In this document: in pieces, positions 36,124 to 45,600 of the stretch | How positions within the stretch are numbered: the stretch's first letter is position 1 | Layout of the letters: the number at the start of each line of letters is the position of its first letter | The notes under the pieces: generated by a model | Seen by the model: the letters and a program-made list of their open reading frames with translations, nothing else | The model's database searches: none | Told to the model about the DNA's origin: nothing | Made by a program: the position numbers and the translations under genes | Source: Deltaproteobacteria bacterium | Lineage (GTDB): Bacteria; Myxococcota_A; JAADFL01 | DNA length: 64,000 nt | Direction: 5' to 3' | Assembly (NCBI GenBank): GCA_013152945.1 | Contig: JAADFL010000066.1 | Span: forward strand, 5,812 to 69,811

Positions 36124-38850
36124 TCATACTTTCCGGTCCAGCAAGCGCTTGATCTTGGTTGCGAGTTCCATTGTTGTGAAAGGCTTTTGAACAAAAGAGT
36201 CACCGCCTGCAATGACTCCCCTGTCAGCGACCGCGGTTTCAGTGTACCCGGACATGAACAGGCATTTCAGGTCCGGACGGATCTTCCTGATTTCCCCGGA
36301 AAGCTCCTTGCCGTCCATTTCTTTCATTATCACGTCTGTCAGCAACATCGACAGCTCGTCCTTGTGCTCCCTGGCGAGTTTCAAGGCCTGCTCTGTGGTT
36401 CCGGCTTCAATTACTCGATAGCCCATGGCAGTTACGAGTGATTTTGCCATTTTCAACAGGTAGGGCTCGTCGTCCACGATCAGTATCAACTCGTTGTTTC
36501 CCCTGGGAAATTTATTGGGTTTCTTTTCCTGCCAGTCATCGAGTCTTTCCTTTGTACGCGGAAGGTAAATCTTGATAGTTGTGCCGCTGCCCGGCTCACT
36601 GTAAACATTTATGAAGCCGCCGGCCTGCTTGATTATGCCGTACACAGTGGCCAATCCAAGGCCGGTCCCCTTATCCGTTCCCTTGGTCGTGAAAAAGGGA
36701 TCGAACATGTTTTCCCGGGTCTTCTCGTCCATCCCGCTGCCGTTGTCGCTGACCGCCAGCATCACGTACTCACCCTGCGTGAATCCCGAATGACCGTTAC
36801 AGTACTCCTGGTCTATCACCACGTTGCCGGTTTCGATAATTATCCTTCCGTTGCGGTCTATCGCATCCTTGGAGTTTATGCAGAGGTTTATCAGCACCTG
36901 ATCAATCTGGTGTGGATCGATCATCAGGCGCCATAGGTCTTCACGCAAGGAGCAGGACAGTTCTATGTTCTCTCCCAGGAGTCTTCTCAATATGTTGAGC
37001 AGGCTGCGGATGCTGACGTTCAGGTCAATCACCTTGGGTAGCACCTGCTGCTTGCGGGCGAACGACAGCAACTGCCTGGTGGTGTTTTCGGCCCTCTCGA
37101 CGGCATTCAGGATCTCAATGAGGTCCTGGTACAGTGGCTCCGTGGCAGACACCCTTGACATGGCCAACTCGGCATTTCCCAGTATTGCTCCCAGGATGTT
37201 GTTGAAGTCATGGGCGACTCCGCCTGCAAGCCGGCCTATTGCCTCGAGCTTATTGGCCTGGTTGAGTTGGGCCTCCAACTTTTTCTTTTCTTCTTCTGCC
37301 TTGACCCTCTCGGTCACGTCCCTTGCGACGGATAATATCGATACCACCTCGCCGGCCTTGGCAATAGGCTTGCTGCTGATTTCCGCCCATTTGACCTTGC
37401 CTTCCTTGGTCTTCAGCTTGTACACGGAAAAGAAAGGTTTATTGTTTTGAATAACCCATCGGGTATTCCTCGCCGCTGCGTCCAGGTCCTCGTCGGCCAG
37501 TATGCCCAGTTCCAAAAAAGGCTTGCCGAGCAGTTCCCCGGGTTCGTATCCCAGGGCATCCCTTACGGAAGGGGAAATGTCCTTTAATTGGAGATCGGTT
37601 CCCATGGAGAATATGACGTCGGACACGTTCTCGAAGTGCAGCCTGTATCGTGCCTCGCTGTTCCTAAGCGCCAGCTCGGCCAATTTTCTTTCAGTCATGT
37701 CCCTGGCGACCGACAGGATGACAGGCGTTCCGTTTAATTCAAATATGCCGGAGCTGATTTCCATCGGTATCCTGGTCCCGTCTTTTGCAATGAACGTGGC
37801 TTCGAACGACTTTCTTCCATTGCGTTTCAATATTTCCCTGAACTCGCGGCTGCCCCTTTTCTCTACATCCTCTCTTGTACTGATCTCCCTGGGGGACATG
37901 GCCAACAACTCATCGTGGGAATATCCAAGCAGGGAGCATGCGGCGCTGTTCACCTCGATGAAATCGTCGAAGCCGCTCTCCTTGTACGGGTGGACGAAAA
38001 CCGGGTCGGTCACGCTGTCGAACAAGGCTTGGTACTTTTCCTTGGTTGCTTTTAACGCTTGTTCCATTTCTTTTTGTTCGGTTATGTCCTGAATGGTGTG
38101 AACAGAGGTTTTGAGCGTTCCGTCCTTGTCAAGAACAGGGTCGACAACGACTTTCAACCAAGTGCCGCCTTCCTTGAATTCTATTGTCTCGCGTTTCTTG
38201 GTGGTTTTCATCCTGACGTTTGGGCAACCCGGAAACGGCTTGTCAAGGCCGTGGACCACTTGCCAGCAATACTTTCCAACGATGCTCCGGCCTTCTGCGG
38301 CAAACATCCTTTCACTGGCTGCGTTGACGCGAGTTATCTTGTTCTTGTTGTTGATTATGAAAATGGCGTCACGAGTTGCGTTAAAGGTGGCTTCCCACTC
38401 CCTGGCCAGCCTTGCCAGCTCGTCTTCCCGGTGGACCTGCTCGGTAATGTCCCTTATTTCAGTCAATCTCACGGTCCTTCCGTTATGCTCCACGGCCTGT
38501 CCCCACATCTCGACAACGATCTCTTTCCCATCCTTTCTAAGCGCCCTGTGCCTGTACGGTTCGGAACAATCTCTTTCCAACATGGTGGAGACCAGTTCAT
38601 GGCCGGCAGGCGCCACGAAATCCTGGATAGGTTTTCCGATGATTTCCTCTCTTTCACATCCAAGGATGCGCGCGAGTTGTTTATTTAGGTCCGTCACTAT
38701 CCCTTTTTCCGAAAGACAAATGCCCTCGGAGGCGCGCTTTACGAGGAGTCGAAAGCTGTCCTCGCTATCGATGAGCGAATCTTTTTTCATTTTCTTGTTC
38801 TTGTTACTCTTCTTCTGTCTACTGCCTGCCATTCTTTCTTCTCCCAGCAT
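36124..38850 (-). CDS. Multi-PAS sensor hybrid histidine kinase with C-terminal receiver domain
   Basis: At least four PAS/PAC modules. HisKA (HDFNNILGAILGNAEL). HATPase (DNGSGMD...GTGLGLATVYGI). REC (LILIVDDEPYLL...LLTDVIMKEMDGKEL). The real start is probably an internal Met (MAGS... or MKKD...), which removes the overlap with the next gene. Confidence 0.85.
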   Translation of the reverse strand: MLGEERMAGSRQKKSNKNKKMKKDSLIDSEDSFRLLVKRASEGICLSEKGIVTDLNKQLARILGCEREEIIGKPIQDFVAPAGHELVSTMLERDCSEPYRHRALRKDGKEIVVEMWGQAVEHNGRTVRLTEIRDITEQVHREDELARLAREWEATFNATRDAIFIINNKNKITRVNAASERMFAAEGRSIVGKYCWQVVHGLDKPFPGCPNVRMKTTKKRETIEFKEGGTWLKVVVDPVLDKDGTLKTSVHTIQDITEQKEMEQALKATKEKYQALFDSVTDPVFVHPYKESGFDDFIEVNSAACSLLGYSHDELLAMSPREISTREDVEKRGSREFREILKRNGRKSFEATFIAKDGTRIPMEISSGIFELNGTPVILSVARDMTERKLAELALRNSEARYRLHFENVSDVIFSMGTDLQLKDISPSVRDALGYEPGELLGKPFLELGILADEDLDAAARNTRWVIQNNKPFFSVYKLKTKEGKVKWAEISSKPIAKAGEVVSILSVARDVTERVKAEEEKKKLEAQLNQANKLEAIGRLAGGVAHDFNNILGAILGNAELAMSRVSATEPLYQDLIEILNAVERAENTTRQLLSFARKQQVLPKVIDLNVSIRSLLNILRRLLGENIELSCSLREDLWRLMIDPHQIDQVLINLCINSKDAIDRNGRIIIETGNVVIDQEYCNGHSGFTQGEYVMLAVSDNGSGMDEKTRENMFDPFFTTKGTDKGTGLGLATVYGIIKQAGGFINVYSEPGSGTTIKIYLPRTKERLDDWQEKKPNKFPRGNNELILIVDDEPYLLKMAKSLVTAMGYRVIEAGTTEQALKLAREHKDELSMLLTDVIMKEMDGKELSGEIRKIRPDLKCLFMSGYTETAVADRGVIAGGDSFVQKPFTTMELATKIKRLLDRKV

Positions 38851-40483
38851 ACGCGGTCAACGCGAACACAAGAATAAGTGTCATTGATGTAACTGGTGCT
38901 TTTCCGCCGGACCAAGCGCAACCGCAACCCGCATCGCTGGTAGTGTCATGTGTATTAATGTCAGTGTCAGTATCATTGTCGGTGTCGATATCTATATCGC
39001 TATCATTGTCAATGTCGCTATCAATGTCGGTATCGCTATCAGTGTCGGTATCGCTATCAGTGTCGGTATCGCTATCAGTGTCGGTATCGCTATCAGTGTC
39101 AGTATCTCCATTTGATGCGTGGTATTCATATGCCCCTATATCGTACCCATCTCCTTGGGGCCGCGTAATGCCTTCTATATCCTCCGAAGGAGCAGAGTCC
39201 GGGCTGCCCGAGTCTATGGCAGGGCTGCCTTTTTTCAGGTGCAGGTCATAGTTTCCAGGGTCTATGAAAAACTTGTCCGGGTCGTCTATAACCATGTTGT
39301 GGTCCACCTCGACTCCGTCACCTGCCTGCGTGTTCATCTTGGAAACCAGGTTGTTTCTCACGATGCAGCCCGTGGAAGGGGTTCCGTTTTTATGGTCCCC
39401 AATCATGATCCATGCAGGCCCGGGGCTCTGGTCGTCCGGATCAAGGACCGTGTTGTTTACGATCCTGCAATTCCCGGCTCCGAGAAGGGTTATTCCATGG
39501 TAATGATCCACTATGATGATGTTGTTTTCCACCACCCAGTCCACGAACATGCCGTCAAAGCAGCCGATACCCTGCAAGGGACCGCGTAACGGCTGTTTCG
39601 GGTCCTCGTAATTGATGATCATGTTGCCGCGAAGCACGATACCCTTAACCTCGCCGGTCCCGACACCGTCTTTTCCCACAGACCAGCTTTGGAACCCGTC
39701 GTCATGGTTGTCATTCACGTCGTAGCAGTTCTTTACTATGTTGAACTGGAATACCGTGTAGTCACCGAGTCCCCGCATGCCGTCTCCTGCAAAATTCTCG
39801 ATGGTATTGTGATCGATCAACGAGTGACTCGCATTCACGCTTATGCCAAAGTTTACGTTTCTCAATATATTGCCGCGAATGGTCATGTTGGTGCCGTCGA
39901 CTGTTATGCCGTTACAGCTCAGGTCGTTCCAGTCCTGCTTGGACCAGGACGAACTGTCCCCCGTGGATTCGATCACGCAGTCCTCGATCGTTATATCGTG
40001 TATGGGTCCCCTGAAGTTGTGGTAGTCCAGATCTACCAATGTCCCGGGCTTGTCACCATTTCCGAATTCGGGGTCAACGTGAAGTCCGCGCAATGTCCAG
40101 TTGGAACTCGACCTGATGAGTACCTTCCTGAATCGTGCATCCGCTCCCTGTATCGCTGCTATGATTATCAGGCCCTTATTGTAATAGTTGGTAATATTGA
40201 GTTCACCGTAGTACCCTGTCCGAAGCCAGATCGTATCACCTGCCTTGACCGGAGCCCCGGGATTCTTGTCCACCAGTTTCTTTCCGGGTTCGTACGGAAG
40301 CGATTCCCACTCCCGGCTTTCGATTAGCCCGGAGTCCACCACCTGCTGAAGGCTCTTCCAGGGTGAGACAATGCTGCCGTCACCGGACGGGCTGCCGTGT
40401 GCAGGATCCACGTAATAATCCGCGGCGTTTGCAACAAACGCCGGTAGGAGCAACCAAAATGTCAGGATGAAGTATTTCATGCA
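38819..40483 (-). CDS. Secreted right-handed parallel beta-helix (pectate-lyase-fold) protein with an Asp-Thr/Asp-Ser repeat linker and a MYXO-CTERM-like sorting tail
   Basis: Signal peptide MKYFILTFWLLLPAFVANA. Repeated NxxGxxIxxN beta-helix rungs (ITVDGTNMTIRGNILRNVNFGISVNASHSLIDHNTIEN...). C-terminal (DT/DS/DI)n run of about 30 dipeptides. Final GCGCAWSGG-TM helix-RRKNGRQ. Confidence 0.7.
   Translation of the reverse strand, partial: CMKYFILTFWLLLPAFVANAADYYVDPAHGSPSGDGSIVSPWKSLQQVVDSGLIESREWESLPYEPGKKLVDKNPGAPVKAGDTIWLRTGYYGELNITNYYNKGLIIIAAIQGADARFRKVLIRSSSNWTLRGLHVDPEFGNGDKPGTLVDLDYHNFRGPIHDITIEDCVIESTGDSSSWSKQDWNDLSCNGITVDGTNMTIRGNILRNVNFGISVNASHSLIDHNTIENFAGDGMRGLGDYTVFQFNIVKNCYDVNDNHDDGFQSWSVGKDGVGTGEVKGIVLRGNMIINYEDPKQPLRGPLQGIGCFDGMFVDWVVENNIIIVDHYHGITLLGAGNCRIVNNTVLDPDDQSPGPAWIMIGDHKNGTPSTGCIVRNNLVSKMNTQAGDGVEVDHNMVIDDPDKFFIDPGNYDLHLKKGSPAIDSGSPDSAPSEDIEGITRPQGDGYDIGAYEYHASNGDTDTDSDTDTDSDTDTDSDTDTDSDTDIDSDIDNDSDIDIDTDNDTDTDINTHDTTSDAGCGCAWSGGKAPVTSMTLILVFALTAYAGRRKNGRQ
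38960..39108 (-). repeat. 18-bp tandem repeats encoding the (Asp-Thr/Ser)n linker
   Basis: ggtatcgctatcagtgtc repeated four or more times with diverged flanking units. Confidence 0.7.
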
Positions 40484-40589
40484 ATCAACCTCCACCACTT
40501 GATGGCGCAATTTGATTGGCGTGCCTGGGCTCAAGATGTCCGTATTTATCGTATTCCCTCTTAATAGCCTATGCAGACTCTGTTACCTC

Positions 40590-40690
40590 TTGTCAACCCC
40601 GACTTTTCGAGTGTGGTAGCCGAATTGAAATGTCAGTGGTACTGCCGAGTGAAAATGTCAGTAGGAAGGGGATTCGTCCCATACGGATTC
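40590..40690 (+). repeat. Copy B of the conserved non-coding element
   Basis: TTGTCAA-N15-GTGTGGTAGCCGAATTGAAATGTCAGTGGTACTGCCGAGTGAAAATGTCAGTAGGAAGGGGATTCGTCC. See copy A. Confidence 0.6.
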
Positions 40691-40700
40691 AGGCTGTTCG

Positions 40701-40748
40701 CAACGATTCCAGGGGCAACGCCCCTGGAATCGTTGTTTCTGTTATTGG
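40701..40748 (+). terminator. Strong intrinsic terminator: 16-bp perfect stem, 3-nt loop, T-rich tail
   Basis: CAACGATTCCAGGGGC-AAC-GCCCCTGGAATCGTTG followed by TTTCTGTTATT. Plus-strand orientation, directly downstream of copy B and at the GC-rich/AT-rich junction. Confidence 0.6.
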
Positions 40749-40785
40749 GTATTGGTTTTATTGGGTGCAATAATTCTTCAATTTG

Positions 40786-41349
40786 CTAATATAATTTTGG
40801 AATTATCTTGTAAGTTTTCTTCATATAGTCTTTATAAATTTCACCAAATTCTTTTATTAAAGTATTTTCTTCTATTTTTATTCGATAGATTATTGCAAGT
40901 AAAATTGGAATAGTAATCACAATTAATGAGATCATACTGTTCATCGAGATTGAAAGTCCCAAACAAATTAGTAATAATCCCAAATAACTAGGATGTCTAA
41001 GGTTTTTATACATTCCATCTGTCTTCAAATTGTGGTTTGTTGTGATTGTCACATTAACTGTAAACTCTTTATTTAATTGAATTATTGAAATCCACCGGAT
41101 AATAATTCCTATCATAAAAATACTTAAGCCAAATATTGCTATCGAATAATTTAATATATTCCATTCTTGACGATTTGCTGTGAGAAATCCTATTGTTAAA
41201 CTCAAAGGTATAGTAATCCAAAATAATACCAATGATTTTTTGTCGTTTTTTGTTTTTGTCCCATTCTTTTTTGACCGTTTTGCAATCATTAAGGCCAGTT
41301 CCGATAAGAAAAACAAGACGGAAAAAAATGTAATTGTTTTTATGGTCAT
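40786..41349 (-). CDS. Isoprenylcysteine carboxyl methyltransferase / phospholipid methyltransferase family membrane protein
   Basis: 187 aa. Multiple TM helices. C-terminal RHPSYLG...EE..L...FG..Y..Y motif of the ICMT/PEMT family. Very AT-rich codon usage, unlike its surroundings. Confidence 0.65.
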   Translation of the reverse strand: MTIKTITFFSVLFFLSELALMIAKRSKKNGTKTKNDKKSLVLFWITIPLSLTIGFLTANRQEWNILNYSIAIFGLSIFMIGIIIRWISIIQLNKEFTVNVTITTNHNLKTDGMYKNLRHPSYLGLLLICLGLSISMNSMISLIVITIPILLAIIYRIKIEENTLIKEFGEIYKDYMKKTYKIIPKLY

Positions 41350-41431
41350 CTTTTTTACCCTTTATTGCACATAACAACCAAGCTCAGCGACTGGGAACGC
41401 GCCAGCGGCACCAGTTCGCTGTAGCACATTG

Positions 41432-41899
41432 TCAGCCAAGTCGTTCATCCAGATCCATTTCCAGCAATACCGCATCCTCTTCAAACCCACATTTTTGGTA
41501 AAACTCTCTTGCTCTGGTATTGCTTTTCTCCGTACTGACTTCGACTTCACTACACCCAAGTTCTCGACATGTATTCATGGCCGCTGAGATTAGCTGCTTG
41601 CCGATTCCTCGACCTCGATAGCTTTTGGAAACAATTAACTCGTCAACAAGTCCGGAGGGTCGTAGATGCACTATCGTTTTTCTCATTGTGAAGCTTATAA
41701 AGCCTACTATCACATCTTTGTCTTTCGCCACAAGCATATGATGGTCAGGATCTTTGATAAGGATACAGCAGTTCTTAAAGGATTGTTCTACGTCAATACC
41801 TTCTGTGTTGGCCATTACATCCATCAGTTCCGAGAGTAATGGCTTAATCGATGGCAAGTCGCCTTCTGTTGAAGGAACAATCCTAATATTGTCTGACAT
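41432..41899 (-). CDS. GNAT-family N-acetyltransferase
   Basis: Acetyl-CoA binding motif RGRGIGKQLI and C-terminal FYQKCGFEE. Start assumed at the internal MSDNIRI. AT-rich. Confidence 0.78.
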   Translation of the reverse strand: MSDNIRIVPSTEGDLPSIKPLLSELMDVMANTEGIDVEQSFKNCCILIKDPDHHMLVAKDKDVIVGFISFTMRKTIVHLRPSGLVDELIVSKSYRGRGIGKQLISAAMNTCRELGCSEVEVSTEKSNTRAREFYQKCGFEEDAVLLEMDLDERLG

Positions 41900-42043
41900 G
41901 AGGATCTTCCTTCTTTTTTCGTTTGGCCGACTTCTTCTTCTACCCAATCTCTGTTACCCCGTAGTAATTCAACCCATTTGGCTTTTTACTATAGAGTTGT
42001 AACCGGGGCTTGTCAAAAAAACAATTAACGAATAACCCCTGAT

Positions 42044-42402
42044 TACGCACGTCCATTGATTAATTTAACCACAATATCTAAGGTGTTTTGTAAATTGTGT
42101 TTAATCCAGCGACTTGACATCAATCGCGATGAAAAATTGCCGGATCTTCTCTTCGACAAGTCCTTGAGTGCTTGGTTTTCCCAAGGCCGGATATGGCTGT
42201 TATGTCAATAAGATATAAGGAGTGAAAAATCGGGATCATGCACGATATTAGTGTCCGGCGTAACGGTCGGGGTTTTTGGGGCCGCTTTAGGTGGAAAGCT
42301 GACCTGGTCCAGTAAAACAAAATACAAATTGTTTGGCTTGAGCATGGTATGGGTTGCCAGTTTTTGCGCGTCAATGAATTTTTTGCTGATGTGAAACTTC
42401 AT
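42044..42402 (-). pseudogene. Degraded gene remnant in the AT-rich islet, at least two frames
   Basis: An N-terminal-looking frame MKFHISKKFIDAQKLATHTMLKPNNLYFVLLDQ... stops early. A different frame continues ...IRPWENQALKDLSKRRSGNFSSRLMSSRWIKHNLQNTLDIVVKLINGRA*. No intact ORF. Confidence 0.3.
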
Positions 42403-42653
42403 GAAATGACATCAAGTTTTTGATGCCCTGAAAATCAACCTGGGTGGGGGGACCTGGGGGGACCTGCGGTTGGGTGAGGGACCTGTGCGGTTATCTTCGG
42501 GGCTGTCAATTCCCTATTTTGAACCGGGCTTGCTATTTTTTTTGTATTGAACTTGTATCAATGGAACCAATATGCAAGTTCATACGTCTATTGGGCGATG
42601 AGGACATGGTTGACTTTGAAAAAAACATGCCCCGGCATGGAAAGGGGTCTTCA

Positions 42654-45600
42654 ATGAGAAGGGAAAGGGCGTTGAAAAAACTGAAAGTGTTTGGTTATAC
42701 CCTTGTTTTTTTTATTGTATGGTCTGCAAGCAGCGGATGTTTACCCGGAGAACACAAAGGGGCTGATGCACGGCCTGAAAGGAGTGCCGACATGCCGGGA
42801 GCCGGGAAAGGAGATCCCAAAATAAAGAAAATAAAGCCTCTTCCTGTCGCGGACTGGAACCAAGGCCTCTCCAAAGACTGGGCTGAAGTGAAAAAGCTGG
42901 AAGACGAGCAAAAACTGCAAGCCGCACAAAAGGTCATATTAAGCATACTGGACCGCGCCCGGGCCGAAAAGAACAGCGAGGAGTGGGTAAAGGCATTGAT
43001 AACAGCAGTCCAGCTCAAGAGCGCTTTGCACGAGTACGAGACAGCGGTTCGTTTTTTCAAGGAGCAGCCCTGGCCCGATGACCTGCTCGGACAGGTCACC
43101 TGCAATCTCTACTATGCGCAAATGCTCGTGTGGTACGCCCGAAACTACAGGTGGGAAATACAAAGGCGCGAGCGGGTCGATACCAAGGGCAAGGTCGATC
43201 TCAAGGCATGGACATTGGAGCAGATATTTGCCGAGGCTGGAAGGGCCTACCTTTTCCTGTGGAGGCATAAGCAAGAGCTGGCAAACCTCGATGCCAGGAA
43301 GCTGGCGGCATACATCGAGGTGGGCGATTACCCGCACGAGGTCAGACCCGGCTTGCTCGATGTGCTCACGTACTTTTGGACGAACCTCCTGGCCGATCGT
43401 GACGGCTGGCGGCCAAGGCAACGAAACGAGGTGTTTGCCCTGGACCTGGGAAAGTTGCTCGGTACTGCAAGGCCCATGTCCGCCCGCTTCAAACTCGATG
43501 ATCCGAACATCCACCCGCTTGTAAAGCTTTCCGCTCTCCTGGCCGACCTGGAGTACGAGCACTCGAAAAAAGGACTAAGGGAGGCGGCCCTGGAGGCATA
43601 TATCGAGCGATCGAGACAGTTATGGAATGCATTCAGCCAGGAGCAGGACAAAACAGAGATAGAGAAAAAAATGGCGGCAAGGCTCGCCCACGAGCGTGGC
43701 ATATCCTGGTGGTCGGTAGGCATTGCGCAAATGGCGCAGTGGGTACGCCAAAAACGGGATCCCCATGCACTTGTACAGGCTCATGAGCTGGCACAAAAAG
43801 GGTGGAAGAAATACCCGGACAGTATTGGCGGAAAGCAGTGCAGGAGTATAGTCGAGTCAATCGAACAACCGGGATATGCACTCCAGGGAATGGCAACCGA
43901 TGCGCCCGGCAAGAAGTCGATCCTGGTGCGGCACAAGAATCTCAAAGAGATATTCTTCCGCGCCTACAAGCTTGACTTGTTGAAAATTGTCCGCAAGGCC
44001 GACGATTACGACATATTCCCACGATGGGAAGAGATCAGAAAAATAATGAAGAGAGAACCGGCTGCGTCATGGCGCAAGGCATTACCGAAAACCCCTGACT
44101 TCAGGATGCACAAGACCTTTGTGACTCCCCCCATGAAGAAACCCGGGTATTACCTGGTTATAGCCTCTGCAAAAAAGGACTTTGGGCCTGACGACAACTA
44201 CATGACAGCCTTGAACGTGATAATATCCGACTTGGTCCTTGTCGAAGAAATCCATGACTCCGGCGTAGAGGTAACCGCCGTGTCCGGCGCAACCGGGCGG
44301 CCCGTCCCTGGTGTAAAGATATCCTTGTACAAGTATGATTGGACCGAAGGCCATCACGTCGTTCAAACAAAGACAACATCCGGGAACGGCGTTGTTGGTT
44401 TCACGAGCTATGGGGGCGACTATTTTCTCCTGGCCCGCAAAGGCGAACAGATTGTAATGGATCCGAATTACCTTAACATATACGCCAACAGATTTCCGGA
44501 GAGTCACACGGGGTCGCTCGTGTACACGGACCGAAGCGTGTACAGGCCCGGGCAGAAGCTGCATTTCAAAATCGTGGTATACTCGGGCCGCCGAAAAAAG
44601 GCGGATTACCATACTATTGCAGGCCGAAGGGTGAGGGTGTGGCTCGAGGACGCCAATCGCAGGACCGTGGCGGACGCGACTTACCACACCAATGAAAACG
44701 GCACTGTCTCAGGGTCGTTCGATATTCCGCCGGGTCGACTTTTGGGCCAATGGCACCTGTACACCTCTCCCGAAGGATCGGCCCCGGTCAGGGTCGAGGA
44801 GTACAAGCGGCCCACATTCGAGGTAAAGATAGACGATCCCAAGACTCCCTTGAGGCTGAACAAGCCGGCTGTACTCGAGGGCCGGGCCGATTACTACTTC
44901 GGCCTGCCTGTTACAAGCGGCAAGGTGCTGTGGCGGGTAGTACGGAGTCCCCGTTACCCATGGTGGTGGTCCTGGTGGTACGGCAACAGGGGAAGCGCTT
45001 CCCAGGTCGTGGCCACAGGCACGGCAAAGCTTGCCGGTGAGGGCAAATTCAAGGTTTCCTTTACTCCAAAGGCGGATGAACGCACTGCAAAGGCAGGTGT
45101 TACTTATGTGTACGAACTGGAAGCCGATGTGACGGACGAAGGAGGTGAGACCAGGTCCGCCAAGAGGTCCTTCAGGCTTGGTTTCGTGGCGGTCGAGGCA
45201 ACAATAGGAATGGATGAAGAATTCGTGTTCGAGAACAAGCCGTCAATGGTGAAACTGACGCGCACAAACCTGGACGGAGTCGCGGCCCCGGGAACGGGCA
45301 AATGGCGGCTGTTGAAGATAGTTCAACCGGGACAGACCCTGGCCCCTGCAGACCAGCCCTTGCCTGAAGCTTTGCCGGGTGTGCAGGGAACCAAGGGTTA
45401 TCAGACCGCCGGGGACCGGCAAAGAGCCAGGTGGCAACCGGGATACAATCCCATGGAAATTATGCGGCAATGGAAAGACGGGTCCCGTGTCGCTGGGGGC
45501 GAGGTTGTACACGACAAGCAGGGAAGGGCGAAGATAAAAATGCCGCCCCTGCCTGCAGGGGCCTATCGGCTTCGCTATGAAACAAAAGATGCCTTTGGCA

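Noticed and set aside
35704-36441. 245-aa plus-strand ORF, and a 90-aa minus-strand ORF at 35737..36009
   Set aside because: The plus-strand ORF overlaps the histidine kinase 3' end antisense and is compositionally noisy. The 90-aa minus ORF (Cys-containing, between the HK and FmdE) cannot be supported or excluded. It was left out of the features.
38059-38887. 209-aa and 258-aa plus-strand ORFs
   Set aside because: They are antisense to the multi-PAS histidine kinase. They are Ser-rich and low-complexity.
38943-39251. Plus-strand ORF encoding MSCVLMSVSVSLSVS...
   Set aside because: It is the antisense reading of the (DT/DS)n coding repeat of the beta-helix gene, an artefact of the tandem repeat.
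39689-40327. 212-aa plus-strand ORF
   Set aside because: It is antisense to the beta-helix gene.
41350-41431. Integron attC site between the GNAT and methyltransferase cassette-like genes
   Set aside because: A bulged imperfect palindrome is present. The flanking R'' (RYYYAAC) and R' (GTTRRRY) core sites are not, and no integrase is in the window.
42695-44687. Several minus-strand ORFs (136-207 aa)
   Set aside because: They are antisense to the alpha-2-macroglobulin gene.
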